Positions 28,356 through 38,868 of a stretch of 64,000 nucleotides of DNA are shown here, piece by piece. Source of the stretch: a virus; IMG/VR virus record IMGVR_UViG_3300042402_002841, positions 1 to 64,000 of that record. One strand, written 5' to 3'. The translations under genes and the position numbers were made by a program. The first letter of the stretch is position 1, and each line of letters begins with the position of its first letter. Below the pieces are notes generated by a model. It was not told the DNA's origin, searched no databases, and worked only from the letters and a program-made list of their open reading frames with translations.

Positions 28356-31300
28356 ACTACTGCTTCAATTTCTTCTTCTGGTAAAACATTACCACCGTTC
28401 CATGTATCAATAATTTCTCCTTCTCTTATTGGAACAACCCGTATTCCTACTCTTGCAAGCCTTCCACTAATTGACTCAAAATCTTCTTCTGAAATCACAT
28501 TGCTCTGTTCCCAGTCCCAGTCATTTTGTTCACCTACATTGACTACCACATAGTCAACATCACCAAGGCTAACGCCTCCGTGTATCTGTGCTTCTGCATA
28601 CAGTGTTGCTCCTGGCTCAGCAGATGCATCAACGCTAGGAACACCCATAGGAGACGGAATCAATCCTGTTGAGAGACTGTCATGTGTTGTGTATGTTGAG
28701 CGTGAATGTGTATCTCTCTTGAGAACAAACTGAATTTCACCATACTGCTGTATGTCTTTAAGTCTTCTTTCATCAAGAAACCCGCCTTCGCTCAGATAGC
28801 CATAAACGGGGCGCATCTCTGGTGCAGTGCTTGGGTGATAACCAAAGTGTGCAACATCTGTTTGCATTCTTCCTGATGGATGAAGAGTGCCACGAGAAGA
28901 CCTTGTTTCAAATTGTGTTTTAAATCTCCCGTCTTCTATTAACTTGTCAAGAAGTTCAATCGGGAAGGCAATTGCTATATCTGATTTGTCAAGCGCTCTT
29001 TCTGAATTCTTAAGTCTACCTTCAGAACTCCAGATTTCTGGTCTTGTAAGTATTTGGTAATCATAAACGCGTCTGTCTCTAAGGTGTTGAATTATTCCTT
29101 CAGTAACAATATCTACATCATCAGGGCTAAGACCAGCAGAAATAAATTCACTATTCATAGCGAATTGAAGTTCATCATATGTATTCCTCTCTCCTTGACC
29201 CATTACCTGATTAGCCAATTCATAAAATTTTTTATTTGCTTCACGAATTTCATCTGTCAACGGAATATTTAACCTAGCCCGTCTGTCTGCTTCGTCTAGT
29301 AGGTCTTTATTTTCTTCTCTAAACGCTGATGCTTCTTTCATTTTTTCAGCACGAGAATTTACAATCCTGTCGTACTCTACCTGTGTCTTCGGTGGCATTG
29401 TTCCTGGGCGCAGGATAGACAATGGGCGACCAGTGGCTTTGGCTTCTTCGGGGCTATCCGTCGGCTGAAGTTGTCTAGATGAAGAAGCAAGACCACCAGT
29501 AATTGATGCTCTCACGATATCGTTTGTTGCTATGAATTCTCTTTGAGCATTGGTTGAATCGTTGTAGGATACATCGGAGTTTGGTTTTGATGTGTTTCGC
29601 TTCTCAATGAGAGATACTAATTCAGCAACAACATCGTCATCTTCATAAATGATGCCGCTGGAAATACTTTCAAGTATGTACCAATTATCTGGGTCCTGCT
29701 CCATGAACTCTTCACGAGTGGGGGTAAATTCACCTTTGATTCTGCTTGCTTCAAGATTTTGGTACCAAGAAAGTTTAACTCTATTTAATTTTTCTTTAGA
29801 TATGTCGTTTTCTTGTGCCCATCTATCCATAAGAGAAAACATAAAGAGCATATTCGCCCATTCGCCGTGTCTGTCAAACCCTCTACCAGTCCCAACATGG
29901 CCCCAAACATCATGAGCGTCTAGGAACTCGTCAACTCCCGAAAACTGACTTACTTGATTGAGGTTTTGTAATGCGTTTAGCCACATAAATATGTATGTGC
30001 TATTTCCGTCACTTCTAGTTACACTGGCTGGCTTATAACCATCGCTGGGAGAATTATCTTTTGCTATTTTATTAAGCAAATTGAGCGACCATGCAGAGAA
30101 CGAGTCTGAGTCTCTGACTGTTTGAGAAAATCTAACATCATACTGTTGTTGTTCTGACCTATTTCTCCAGTATTCAGATAAACCAGACTTTTTAATTTTT
30201 TCTGTTAACTTCTTATATACCTCACGGATTTGTTCTAACTGTTCACCACTTGGTCTAGACACAGATGACCAATCGGTATCAGAGTCTCCCTCTTTCACTA
30301 AAAGTGGATGTGGTTCTGCATAGGCGTATGGAATACCATCTTCTCCGACTGCTACACGAATAGAATTAAGCAAGCGTTCTCTATCGTTGGATAGCGCAGG
30401 GAGTAAATCAACTTCTTGAAAGTCAATTCCCATCTTGGAAAGAGTTCCGATTATGTCACTAGGAAGTATTGACTCAAGAATGCTTCTTTCGTTATCTGTA
30501 AGTTCCAGTTCTTTAACGATTGATTCTGTGTCAACACTGATTGGATTTATTCTGTCAGTTCTGGAAGCCAGACCTGTTCTAGAAGCCAGACCATTGCGTT
30601 GAACTATGTCGGAAACTTGATTCTGAACATTGCCGACGACACGGGACTGCTGTGGTGTCAATCTCGTAGAAGCAAGACCGCCACGACGGCGCTCCTTGTC
30701 CTGTTCAATAACAATGTCTACCCATCCAGCCCATGTGTCGCTGGCAGGATTGGTTCTTTTATCATTGTTGTCGGCAATCAAGGAGGCGATAGGTGTGTGT
30801 TTACCAACAAGGTGTGTCTCGCCAATAGAGTTCTCTTCCATAGCGTCTTCGCCTATTTTTACCCTAAACAAGTGAATACCAGTAAACGGAGATTTGGCAA
30901 GATTGTCTCCCCATTGTTCTGAGTCCTCTTCTGCGTATCTTCCTCCGTATGAACTGAACAACTCTTGGGACATGGAGGCTCTATATGTACTGGTGTACTG
31001 ATAGTCGTCAGCAATCAACTGGTCGGCTATCTTGTCCAGCCTAGAAAGAATTTTGTTTTCAGAGTCTATTTGATTATTAATCATGCTGATTTTGTATGCG
31101 TCGGCAGTTGCTGTCGGGACATCACCGTCACGGCGAGAGACTCCGAATAGGAGTCTTGCTCTTCCTCCTCTCCACGGGTTTTGGGGGTCGCTTCTACCTA
31201 TCGCTTCAAAGTCAATAACACCATCTCGTTCAGCCTGTAGTTTCATTTCTTCTAAAATAGATAGGTCTCTTCTTGCGTCGTTACGCTTGCCTACTATAAA

Positions 31301-34300
31301 TCTTGCTGTCTCTTCATTTACCCGACGAGTATTACCAGCGGCTACTGCTCCTAACTGTCCTCGTGAACGAGCGGGGTCTAGTTGCCCACCAACCAAGTTA
31401 CTTGCGCCCCAGTGGAGAACATATATGTAACCTTCGTCATCTTTATATATGGCGTCACGCTCATTTGCGGTCATTGACTTAATCAGTGCGTGTCTTCTGC
31501 GAAGTTCGTCTGCTAATTCTTCGTCAGCGAGAAGTTCATCAATTGAGAAACTGTTATTGTTTTGCTCTCTTTTTTCAAGGAAATCAAGTTTTTGTTTCAG
31601 AGTGTCTAGTTCTCTCTCTGCTTCTTCAATCTGTGATTTTCTTGTAAAGCCAGCAGAGTTAATATCATTTATAAGTTTCTGCTTTAATTGCTCAAATGTT
31701 TGACCTTCTTCAAGGCTTGCTTCAAGTTCTTCTCTTGTGTATGTGGTTGGCGGGTGGTTGCCATTCATATCTATGCGTATGTTCCACTTTTGACCTTCCC
31801 AGTTACCTGTCTCCTCAAATTCAGCCCCTGCTGAACGGAGTCTGTTGTTAAGGTCTTCAAGCGCATCAATTTCTTCCTGCTTACTAGCAATAGAGGCACG
31901 CAATTTTGTTTTCGCTCTTTCTGGAATATCTGAGTCGCTTCTTCGCATTGGGGCACTTGTTGACGCAAGACCTGGCATTGAACGCTCATCCATTGAACGA
32001 CGAACTGCTTGGTTGGCTAGTTCTTCTGTTGGGTAGTCACCGAGATAGTCACGACCACGGTAAGCGCCCCATGACGGCTTGCCACCAACCGTGTAGCGAC
32101 GGACATGGTGCTCGTCACCGCTCTTCATCAGGTTGCGAAGGTTTTGTATCGCTGTTCTGCGAGCAAACGCAGTACCCGCATCAACATCTCTGTTCAGGTG
32201 CTCGTCTACTATTTGTGTGAATGCCTTGTAGACACCAACTAATTCCATGTGGTTCATCTTGACTGGTAGTTGCTTTGACCGCTCAAGGAAGTCGTCTATC
32301 CACGGCAAATCAATTGTCTGACCGTAAACATCATCTCTGATTGGGTTAACGAGCAGGTAATCCCTACTCTCGTTAACCAACTTCATGAAATCGTCTCTAA
32401 TTTCTAGGGGGATATCTATGTTTCTATCAAAACTAGAGGCACTCACAAGACCAGTGCGAATACCTTCTGTTGTTGTTCTGTATGGTTCTGACGGGTTTGG
32501 CATTTCACCGAACTCTTTTGCGCCCATCTCTTTGCGCTTAGCGTCAATCTTCTTAATTAAGCGTTGATTGCGAACCCGTGATGCTTCTGCGAGCACAGCA
32601 AAACGCGGACCCAATACTGGGTCGTCAGCAAACGACTCCGCAAGCCAAGATGCGTGCCCGAATGCTATTGGGTATTCACCCCTTGAGAGTTCCTCAACAT
32701 CAATCCAGTTGAATTGGCTGGCGTCGTCGCCTGCCCGTACAACACTTGATTGTTCGTCACTTATGTCAAAACGAATACCCGCAACACGACCACCCTCTAC
32801 GAAGCGAGGGTCCCAGTCTCTAGCGTCTATCTGTCCGAGTATTCTTCTGTCGGTTGCGTCTGTTGGTGAGATATTTACTTCTTCAAGCATCTCTCGTTCC
32901 GCTGTGTCGTAGAGGTCTTCGTTTTCGTCTTGTAGACCGCCAGGTAATGATAGTGCGCCACGGAATGGTCCTCTTTTGCGCTCAATAGTGAGGATTTCTT
33001 TCTTTCCGTCATTGCGTGTGCGTACAACAACTACATCGCCAGCCATAACCTTGTCGGTTTTTGACAAAGACCACTCGTTTGTTGACCATTCAATGTCGTC
33101 ATTATCCATACTTTCATCATTAAATGCTTCCAATGAGACCTCGTGACGCTTTGCTCTATCTTCTATCCGTGAAGACGAAGCAAGACCACCAATTCTTGTC
33201 GGAATGTCAAACTTGTCTATTGCGTCATTGTCTGAACGAAGTTGGCGTGTGATTGATGAATATCTGTGTGTCTCAAAAGCAATATCGTCAATTGCTCTAG
33301 TCTTTTCGCCATATGTAGTGGCTTGCTCAAGGTTTTGACGGGCTTGTTTCACGCTGTTTAGCGACTCCGTCATATTGGCTGTTAGTACGGCGTTGCGTTT
33401 GTTCTTTCTCACCAGAGCGTCACTACCATCAAAACTTGAACCCAATGTTGGGTGGATAACCCGTGATTGTTCCAATTCAATAACTTCTAGACCGTTTTTG
33501 GTCTTGACGCTCTTGACGGTGAATTCACCCGCAGTCAATGCCTCAATCGGCATATCTACTATTCTTCCGTCTCTGTCTTTGGCTGGCTTGGTCACGGGTG
33601 CGTTTGCTACAGCAACACCTTCACGCAGTTTAAGTACGACATTTTTCTTGGTAGATGACAGACCTGATGAAATAGCGTCTGGTAAAGAAACTAAATCATC
33701 GGTTTTTGAGTATTTTACAATGTCGTCGTAGTTAGGACTAAATGAGGTTAACGGCATTGAGATTACAGAACCAATTTGTGGTTCAAATAAACCAGAACCC
33801 GTGTCAACATTTCTCACCGAACGATACAGTGGTGCGTCAGAGGAGTATCCGCCCTCTGCGATTTCCTTCATTGCGGAAATGGTGAACATAGTAGAGCGTT
33901 GTACTTCTTCTTTTGATTGTTCGTTTGCGCTGTTTACTGAACCCGAAAGCAGGTATTGGTTCGTATCCGACCCGTAAGAGTTGTCCCTATCTTCTCTGTC
34001 AATGCCATCAATGCCCATTATTTGACTTGAAATAAAACGCATTCTCCAGTTTTCTACCCCATCAACCCATTGTTCGTAAACCTTATCCATAGCCAAAGGT
34101 TTTTCGTTCATTGAGAATGTGTAGTCGCCAATTGTTGCTGTGGTTAGTCCGTCTCGTACATACACTGAATCTTTTTGCGAGTGAGCCCGCTGAGCCTTCG
34201 GGAATGAGTCTTTATGAGAAGAAACTCTCTTATCAACACTAGATATCGCTATTTGTTTCTTTGCGCTACTTGAAGCGAGTCCTTGTCTTGCTTCCCACGG

Positions 34301-37300
34301 CTTTTGGTACGGAGAAATATCAGGACTTGATTTCAACCCGAAAACATATGCCATTGCGTGTTCAAGTTCTGGTGTTAGATACTGCGCTCTTATGTTTTGA
34401 TTTGGTGTTGTAAAAAGTACATTTAGTTCCGCAAATTGTTCCTGACGGTTGAAGTTTCCGTACTGAACACGAAGCAAAGGCAATAGGTCGCTTGTTAAAA
34501 ACGGATAAAGAGTATTTATTTCTTCAAGAAGGTCATCACCGAAACTTGGTCTCCACCTATCACGACCACTGCTTCTATCTATAAGCGTAGCGGTGTAGGT
34601 ATTCATCATATCTTCAAAGTCTTGGGCTGCCTTATCACCTAGTGTGCGTTGAACTTGTTTTTTTGCGTTAGCAATGATGTAACCAGAACTTTTTGCTGAT
34701 GAGTAAGGAATAAAAGATGTTTTATCAAAGGAATCTTTAATAAACTTTCCAATATTCATTGCTTCTGGGTTACCAGGAAATAGATACGACATTCTGTCGG
34801 CTCTACTTCCAAGAACTCCACTTTTCTTTGCGTAAGAAAGTCCGACCACCCGACTCCAGAAAGAGTGAGCCCATTCGTGATGAATAATTCCTTCTGGTGA
34901 CAAATCAACATTGAGCAAATACGGAGTGCTACCTGGCTCTGGTACACCATAAGCAATGCGATTGTCAGCAGTTTCAAACATTGAAAGATATGGACTTACT
35001 TCTCCTGATTGTGAAGGACTCCTAAACGGGCTTGAATCAAAGTTTAAAAATATTCCGAAAGGACCCATTGACCACCCACCAGTTTCACCACTCCTAACAA
35101 GGGGTGACAAAACGGTAGGACCTAGTAATTTTTCTAACTCCCGTGCTTGCTCAATAGCATCAGGGTCTGTGCCAATGAAACCCGAAGAACCAAATGTTCT
35201 GATTTGCCAAGCGAATAATGGAGATGCGTCTAACGCTCTTTTCAAATACTCTCTTACCCTGTCAACACCTTTTGGTGAAAAATCAGGAAACAACATACCA
35301 TTAGGAGAACCATATCCAAGAAATTGTTCTTCAAAAATATCTTTCAATACAGCAAGTTGAGTAGGCGTGAATTGCGAAGCGTCTTGACCGTAAAGAAGGT
35401 TCATCAAGAAAAGATTGAAGGCATCAGTCTCGCTTCTTACGGAAAGAATGTCTGAAATCTCATCATTTGTTGCGTCTTTCAGATAATCACGACCACCTAT
35501 TGGGCTCAACTCTGATTCTGCGCTAAACAAGTTCGGTATTATTCTGTCGCCCGAACTGTCTCGTGGAATAGAGAATGACGCCAAGCCTGCCCGTGACTCG
35601 TCTATGCCACCTGCGATATCACGCTCATACGAGTACGGCTTACCGATAATGTCAAAAATGTCCTCCCGTAAGGCAGGGCTAACTTTGTCTCTGAAACTTG
35701 CGTCGTTAATAAGTATGCCCGAAACGCCCTCTGCGAACGCTTCTGCTGGCATTGTTTGACCGTATTGAGTCATTGCGTGTGGATAGCCGTTCCATCTTTG
35801 TTGTTTGCCGTCTGCGACTCTTTTGCCAAACTTTTTTGCGCCGATTAGGCGACTTGTGAACTTATCTTTTCCGACATCTACGCCTAAGTCGCCGAGAACT
35901 TTCCATACACCCGTGAGACCTGCGTCGTGTTCCCAAGTGTTTGAAAACCAGAATGTAGCAAGCCTTCTTACTTCTGGGTCTGGGTGATTGGTTATTGCGA
36001 GTCTATTTATGTAGTGCCCCCATTCGTGAGCAAGTAACGCATCTTCACGAGTGGACATCATAAACTGTTCGGTGTTTTTTAGTTTAGGAGAGTTAGGTTC
36101 TACGGCGTTTGTAATTCTGCCTGCGACAAGTTCTTGACGAACATCTTGGTTCACAATGATTGCTGGGAAGCCTTCTATCATTGACACTGCGTTAGTGTTG
36201 TCGCCGTCGTCCCATTCGGCACCACGCTTGGTAATCAGTAGCGGTGGAAATCCGTGACGCTCTACTGCTTCTCTAAATAGTCGGTTGTTTGCGAGAGCAC
36301 CCGTGAGTGCTTGGCGCATTTCTTCCACAATTACTGGAGAAAAGTCAAGCGCCTCAACGCCGTCTTTTATGACACTCTTTATTGCGTCTGGTCTAACGCT
36401 CTTGTCGTCATCATCAAATGCCATAAGTGCTTGGTGTTCTTCTAACGCAAGCATTGCTTCCGCTATGTTTGACGGCACAATAAGGCTCGCCATTTCTGCT
36501 GGCTCAAGCCCTCTCATACCACTACCCGTGGTGCTCTGGCGATTTCCACTAGACGACGCTAGACCGCCACTGCGAACGCCTAAGAATACGCTCTCCACCA
36601 TTTCAGCGCCTGCTGTATTCAGTAGTTCTCTAGTCTTTTTGTTTGGAGAGAAGTAGGCGGCGATTGACTCTCCTACAAACTCAACGGGTGAGGTCGTGCC
36701 ATAACCTGTCTTGACAAACGGTATGTCATCAGTTGGTGGGTCTATCTTGTCATCACTAATAGAAGCGTCTGCGAAGTATCTGTAAAAGTCTCGCAGACCA
36801 CCTGTACGAAGCGACTCCTCTGTTTGCCATTGTGGCGTAAGGTAAGACCACGAGTCGCCATACAGAAGGCTTGCTATCTGTCTTGTCTCTGCGTTGGGGT
36901 GATAGTCCGATGTGAGCCTATGTAGGTAGTGTCCCCATTCGTGCGTTACCGTATCCTCTGCGCTTTCACCTGTGACCCACCGCTTGACTCCCCTGATAGG
37001 CAGTGCGTTCATAGTGTTCATAAACCTATTGCCACCTACTGCGCCAATCAACTTTGACAGTTTCTTGTTTGTAGATTTTGAGTCAATAAGTATTGAGTCG
37101 GTCATAAAGATACCTGAGAAACTATTGTCACCTGTAACCATTGCTATTGGTGGCGCACCAAACCTGTCCCACGAAGCCCGTAAGGCAGGGCGGTCATCTA
37201 GCATTTTCTCAACTATCTGACGCAGTTCTTCAACATCATCAGCGTCAAACGATACGGCATCATAGAGGTCATCAATTCGCAGTTGTCCTCTACTGTGTTG

Positions 37301-37690
37301 TAGGCGTTGCTCTGTGAATGCGATTGGAGTATCAGGCACGACACGCTCTGCTACTTCTCTATTACTAAGACCTACTAGTTGTGACTTGCCATTAGAAAAG
37401 ATACCCGTGGCACCTCCTGCGCTTGCGAGTCCTCCTCTAATTGTTGAGGCAATGTTAGATAATACTGCTGGTCTCTCAAACGGAGTTGAGTCTTGTACGA
37501 GACCGTCACCGTCGCCGTCTTCAGCGTTCGGGTCATAAACCGCTGCGCCTCTTGCTAGTGAACCAATGTTTGCGCCTAGTGCTTTGTACTGTACGCCTTT
37601 GTCGTTATCTCTTGACGAACGACGACGCATACGACTTGATTCATCAGGATTGATTTCATACGAGAAAGGCATTGACTTATTGTAGAACAC
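28352..37690 (-). CDS. 3112-aa polyvalent protein: three zincins, ADP-ribosyltransferase, Nudix, HDxxGH domain, DUF3626-like
   Basis: HEWGH twice and HEWAH, each with a downstream ExFxE; LYRS..LTSFS..E (ART); GGLQDENEDLYDTAEREMLEEV (Nudix box); RFKTQFET..RPVYG..QYGE; ten GLAS linkers. Confidence 0.85.
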   Translation of the reverse strand: MFYNKSMPFSYEINPDESSRMRRRSSRDNDKGVQYKALGANIGSLARGAAVYDPNAEDGDGDGLVQDSTPFERPAVLSNIASTIRGGLASAGGATGIFSNGKSQLVGLSNREVAERVVPDTPIAFTEQRLQHSRGQLRIDDLYDAVSFDADDVEELRQIVEKMLDDRPALRASWDRFGAPPIAMVTGDNSFSGIFMTDSILIDSKSTNKKLSKLIGAVGGNRFMNTMNALPIRGVKRWVTGESAEDTVTHEWGHYLHRLTSDYHPNAETRQIASLLYGDSWSYLTPQWQTEESLRTGGLRDFYRYFADASISDDKIDPPTDDIPFVKTGYGTTSPVEFVGESIAAYFSPNKKTRELLNTAGAEMVESVFLGVRSGGLASSSGNRQSTTGSGMRGLEPAEMASLIVPSNIAEAMLALEEHQALMAFDDDDKSVRPDAIKSVIKDGVEALDFSPVIVEEMRQALTGALANNRLFREAVERHGFPPLLITKRGAEWDDGDNTNAVSMIEGFPAIIVNQDVRQELVAGRITNAVEPNSPKLKNTEQFMMSTREDALLAHEWGHYINRLAITNHPDPEVRRLATFWFSNTWEHDAGLTGVWKVLGDLGVDVGKDKFTSRLIGAKKFGKRVADGKQQRWNGYPHAMTQYGQTMPAEAFAEGVSGILINDASFRDKVSPALREDIFDIIGKPYSYERDIAGGIDESRAGLASFSIPRDSSGDRIIPNLFSAESELSPIGGRDYLKDATNDEISDILSVRSETDAFNLFLMNLLYGQDASQFTPTQLAVLKDIFEEQFLGYGSPNGMLFPDFSPKGVDRVREYLKRALDASPLFAWQIRTFGSSGFIGTDPDAIEQARELEKLLGPTVLSPLVRSGETGGWSMGPFGIFLNFDSSPFRSPSQSGEVSPYLSMFETADNRIAYGVPEPGSTPYLLNVDLSPEGIIHHEWAHSFWSRVVGLSYAKKSGVLGSRADRMSYLFPGNPEAMNIGKFIKDSFDKTSFIPYSSAKSSGYIIANAKKQVQRTLGDKAAQDFEDMMNTYTATLIDRSSGRDRWRPSFGDDLLEEINTLYPFLTSDLLPLLRVQYGNFNRQEQFAELNVLFTTPNQNIRAQYLTPELEHAMAYVFGLKSSPDISPYQKPWEARQGLASSSAKKQIAISSVDKRVSSHKDSFPKAQRAHSQKDSVYVRDGLTTATIGDYTFSMNEKPLAMDKVYEQWVDGVENWRMRFISSQIMGIDGIDREDRDNSYGSDTNQYLLSGSVNSANEQSKEEVQRSTMFTISAMKEIAEGGYSSDAPLYRSVRNVDTGSGLFEPQIGSVISMPLTSFSPNYDDIVKYSKTDDLVSLPDAISSGLSSTKKNVVLKLREGVAVANAPVTKPAKDRDGRIVDMPIEALTAGEFTVKSVKTKNGLEVIELEQSRVIHPTLGSSFDGSDALVRKNKRNAVLTANMTESLNSVKQARQNLEQATTYGEKTRAIDDIAFETHRYSSITRQLRSDNDAIDKFDIPTRIGGLASSSRIEDRAKRHEVSLEAFNDESMDNDDIEWSTNEWSLSKTDKVMAGDVVVVRTRNDGKKEILTIERKRGPFRGALSLPGGLQDENEDLYDTAEREMLEEVNISPTDATDRRILGQIDARDWDPRFVEGGRVAGIRFDISDEQSSVVRAGDDASQFNWIDVEELSRGEYPIAFGHASWLAESFADDPVLGPRFAVLAEASRVRNQRLIKKIDAKRKEMGAKEFGEMPNPSEPYRTTTEGIRTGLVSASSFDRNIDIPLEIRDDFMKLVNESRDYLLVNPIRDDVYGQTIDLPWIDDFLERSKQLPVKMNHMELVGVYKAFTQIVDEHLNRDVDAGTAFARRTAIQNLRNLMKSGDEHHVRRYTVGGKPSWGAYRGRDYLGDYPTEELANQAVRRSMDERSMPGLASTSAPMRRSDSDIPERAKTKLRASIASKQEEIDALEDLNNRLRSAGAEFEETGNWEGQKWNIRIDMNGNHPPTTYTREELEASLEEGQTFEQLKQKLINDINSAGFTRKSQIEEAERELDTLKQKLDFLEKREQNNNSFSIDELLADEELADELRRRHALIKSMTANERDAIYKDDEGYIYVLHWGASNLVGGQLDPARSRGQLGAVAAGNTRRVNEETARFIVGKRNDARRDLSILEEMKLQAERDGVIDFEAIGRSDPQNPWRGGRARLLFGVSRRDGDVPTATADAYKISMINNQIDSENKILSRLDKIADQLIADDYQYTSTYRASMSQELFSSYGGRYAEEDSEQWGDNLAKSPFTGIHLFRVKIGEDAMEENSIGETHLVGKHTPIASLIADNNDKRTNPASDTWAGWVDIVIEQDKERRRGGLASTRLTPQQSRVVGNVQNQVSDIVQRNGLASRTGLASRTDRINPISVDTESIVKELELTDNERSILESILPSDIIGTLSKMGIDFQEVDLLPALSNDRERLLNSIRVAVGEDGIPYAYAEPHPLLVKEGDSDTDWSSVSRPSGEQLEQIREVYKKLTEKIKKSGLSEYWRNRSEQQQYDVRFSQTVRDSDSFSAWSLNLLNKIAKDNSPSDGYKPASVTRSDGNSTYIFMWLNALQNLNQVSQFSGVDEFLDAHDVWGHVGTGRGFDRHGEWANMLFMFSLMDRWAQENDISKEKLNRVKLSWYQNLEASRIKGEFTPTREEFMEQDPDNWYILESISSGIIYEDDDVVAELVSLIEKRNTSKPNSDVSYNDSTNAQREFIATNDIVRASITGGLASSSRQLQPTDSPEEAKATGRPLSILRPGTMPPKTQVEYDRIVNSRAEKMKEASAFREENKDLLDEADRRARLNIPLTDEIREANKKFYELANQVMGQGERNTYDELQFAMNSEFISAGLSPDDVDIVTEGIIQHLRDRRVYDYQILTRPEIWSSEGRLKNSERALDKSDIAIAFPIELLDKLIEDGRFKTQFETRSSRGTLHPSGRMQTDVAHFGYHPSTAPEMRPVYGYLSEGGFLDERRLKDIQQYGEIQFVLKRDTHSRSTYTTHDSLSTGLIPSPMGVPSVDASAEPGATLYAEAQIHGGVSLGDVDYVVVNVGEQNDWDWEQSNVISEEDFESISGRLARVGIRVVPIREGEIIDTWNGGNVLPEEEIEAVV

Positions 37691-37912
37691 CTATCACGAT
37701 AGTGTATGAAGGTGTTACGAATGACTAGTGATTGTGTGTGTATTTGTTTGTGTGTGTGTTTTTGTTTGTGTCGTGAGCAGTGCCATACGAGCGTGTGCGG
37801 TTGCGATTACGAATCACTCTTAGCACATCTGTAATCGTTTGTCAAGTATTAGGTGAAACTATTTTTTGACCTCGTGAGCAGGTATCGTTATGCCACTGTC
37901 GTTGGCTTGACT

Positions 37913-37980
37913 TTATCCACAGACTTGTTCACAGCCTGTGGATAACTTTGTCCACACCCTTATACACAGCCTGTGGACAA
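37913..37980. promoter_or_regulatory. Cluster of six DnaA boxes (oriC-like)
   Basis: TTATCCACA 37913, TTGTTCACA 37925, TGTGGATAA 37937, TTGTCCACA 37948, TTATACACA 37960, TGTGGACAA 37972. Confidence 0.85.
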
Positions 37981-38355
37981 CCACACTGAGTGGCTGGCGG
38001 TCACTGTCCGTAACCCACATCTCGGGGCTTTTTCTGGACACATAGGGCGCGCGTGGGGGGACCAGTACAGGTTTTTGAGGTTCCCTCATCATCAGAAAGA
38101 TTTATCTAAACCGCATGGGGTCTGGCGTGGTATTTAAGTCGTGTGTGCGGCGAGCGTGTATGACTCTCGTGTCGTAGTTGTTGTTCTCCACTACCGTATT
38201 CTTGCCGTTTTAGCGTACATGGTAGGGATTACAGGGCCGTTTATCCGTTTTCGCATTTTACAGGGACCCCCTAAAATACAAAATAGCGTTGTGTGGTGGT
38301 GGATAAATTTATCTAATGTGTTGTGAAAAAACATCATGAATGGTAGAGTATGTGA

Positions 38356-38868
38356 ATGGCTATTAGAACTTTTGTTATTGCAGATACCCACTGGAGCCAA
38401 GAGAGCGTGTGCGAGTATTCAAAGAAGCACGACAACAAGATGCGTCCGTGGGATTCCGCCGAAGAGATGGACGAGGCGATGATTGAGTTGTGGAACGAAA
38501 CTGTGCGCCCCAAGGATAAGGTGATTCATCTTGGTGATGTGTCGCCCTATGAGAGCGGTGTGCGGATTACTGGCTATTTACATGGTAGGCACACTCTAAT
38601 AAAGGGCAACTACGACAGACTTTCTCTTTCACTGTATGCCGAGTACTTTGATGACATATTTGGCTGCTTGTCTCTGGATAGATTTATCTTAAGTCACATA
38701 CCAGTATCCGACCATCAGAAGTACAGGTATAGAGGGAACATCCATGGACATCTTCACTGCGAGTCCTTAGAAGACCCTTGGTATCAGTGTGTAAGCGTTG
38801 AGCAGACAGAATTTAAACCAATCTTGCTTGATGAGGTAAAAGCACGATACGATGTCCGCAATGCCTGA
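38356..38868 (+). CDS. calcineurin-like metallophosphoesterase
   Basis: DTH, HLGD, GNYD, SHIP and HGHLH motifs. Confidence 0.85.
   Translation: MAIRTFVIADTHWSQESVCEYSKKHDNKMRPWDSAEEMDEAMIELWNETVRPKDKVIHLGDVSPYESGVRITGYLHGRHTLIKGNYDRLSLSLYAEYFDDIFGCLSLDRFILSHIPVSDHQKYRYRGNIHGHLHCESLEDPWYQCVSVEQTEFKPILLDEVKARYDVRNA

Noticed and set aside
33653-33664. GLSS as an additional polyprotein linker
   Set aside because: It falls between the ART S and E motifs, inside the presumed domain, so it was not counted.
28352-37690. Tape-measure or tail-fibre identity for the giant ORF
   Set aside because: No periodic helical or fibre repeats; it contains discrete enzyme motifs.
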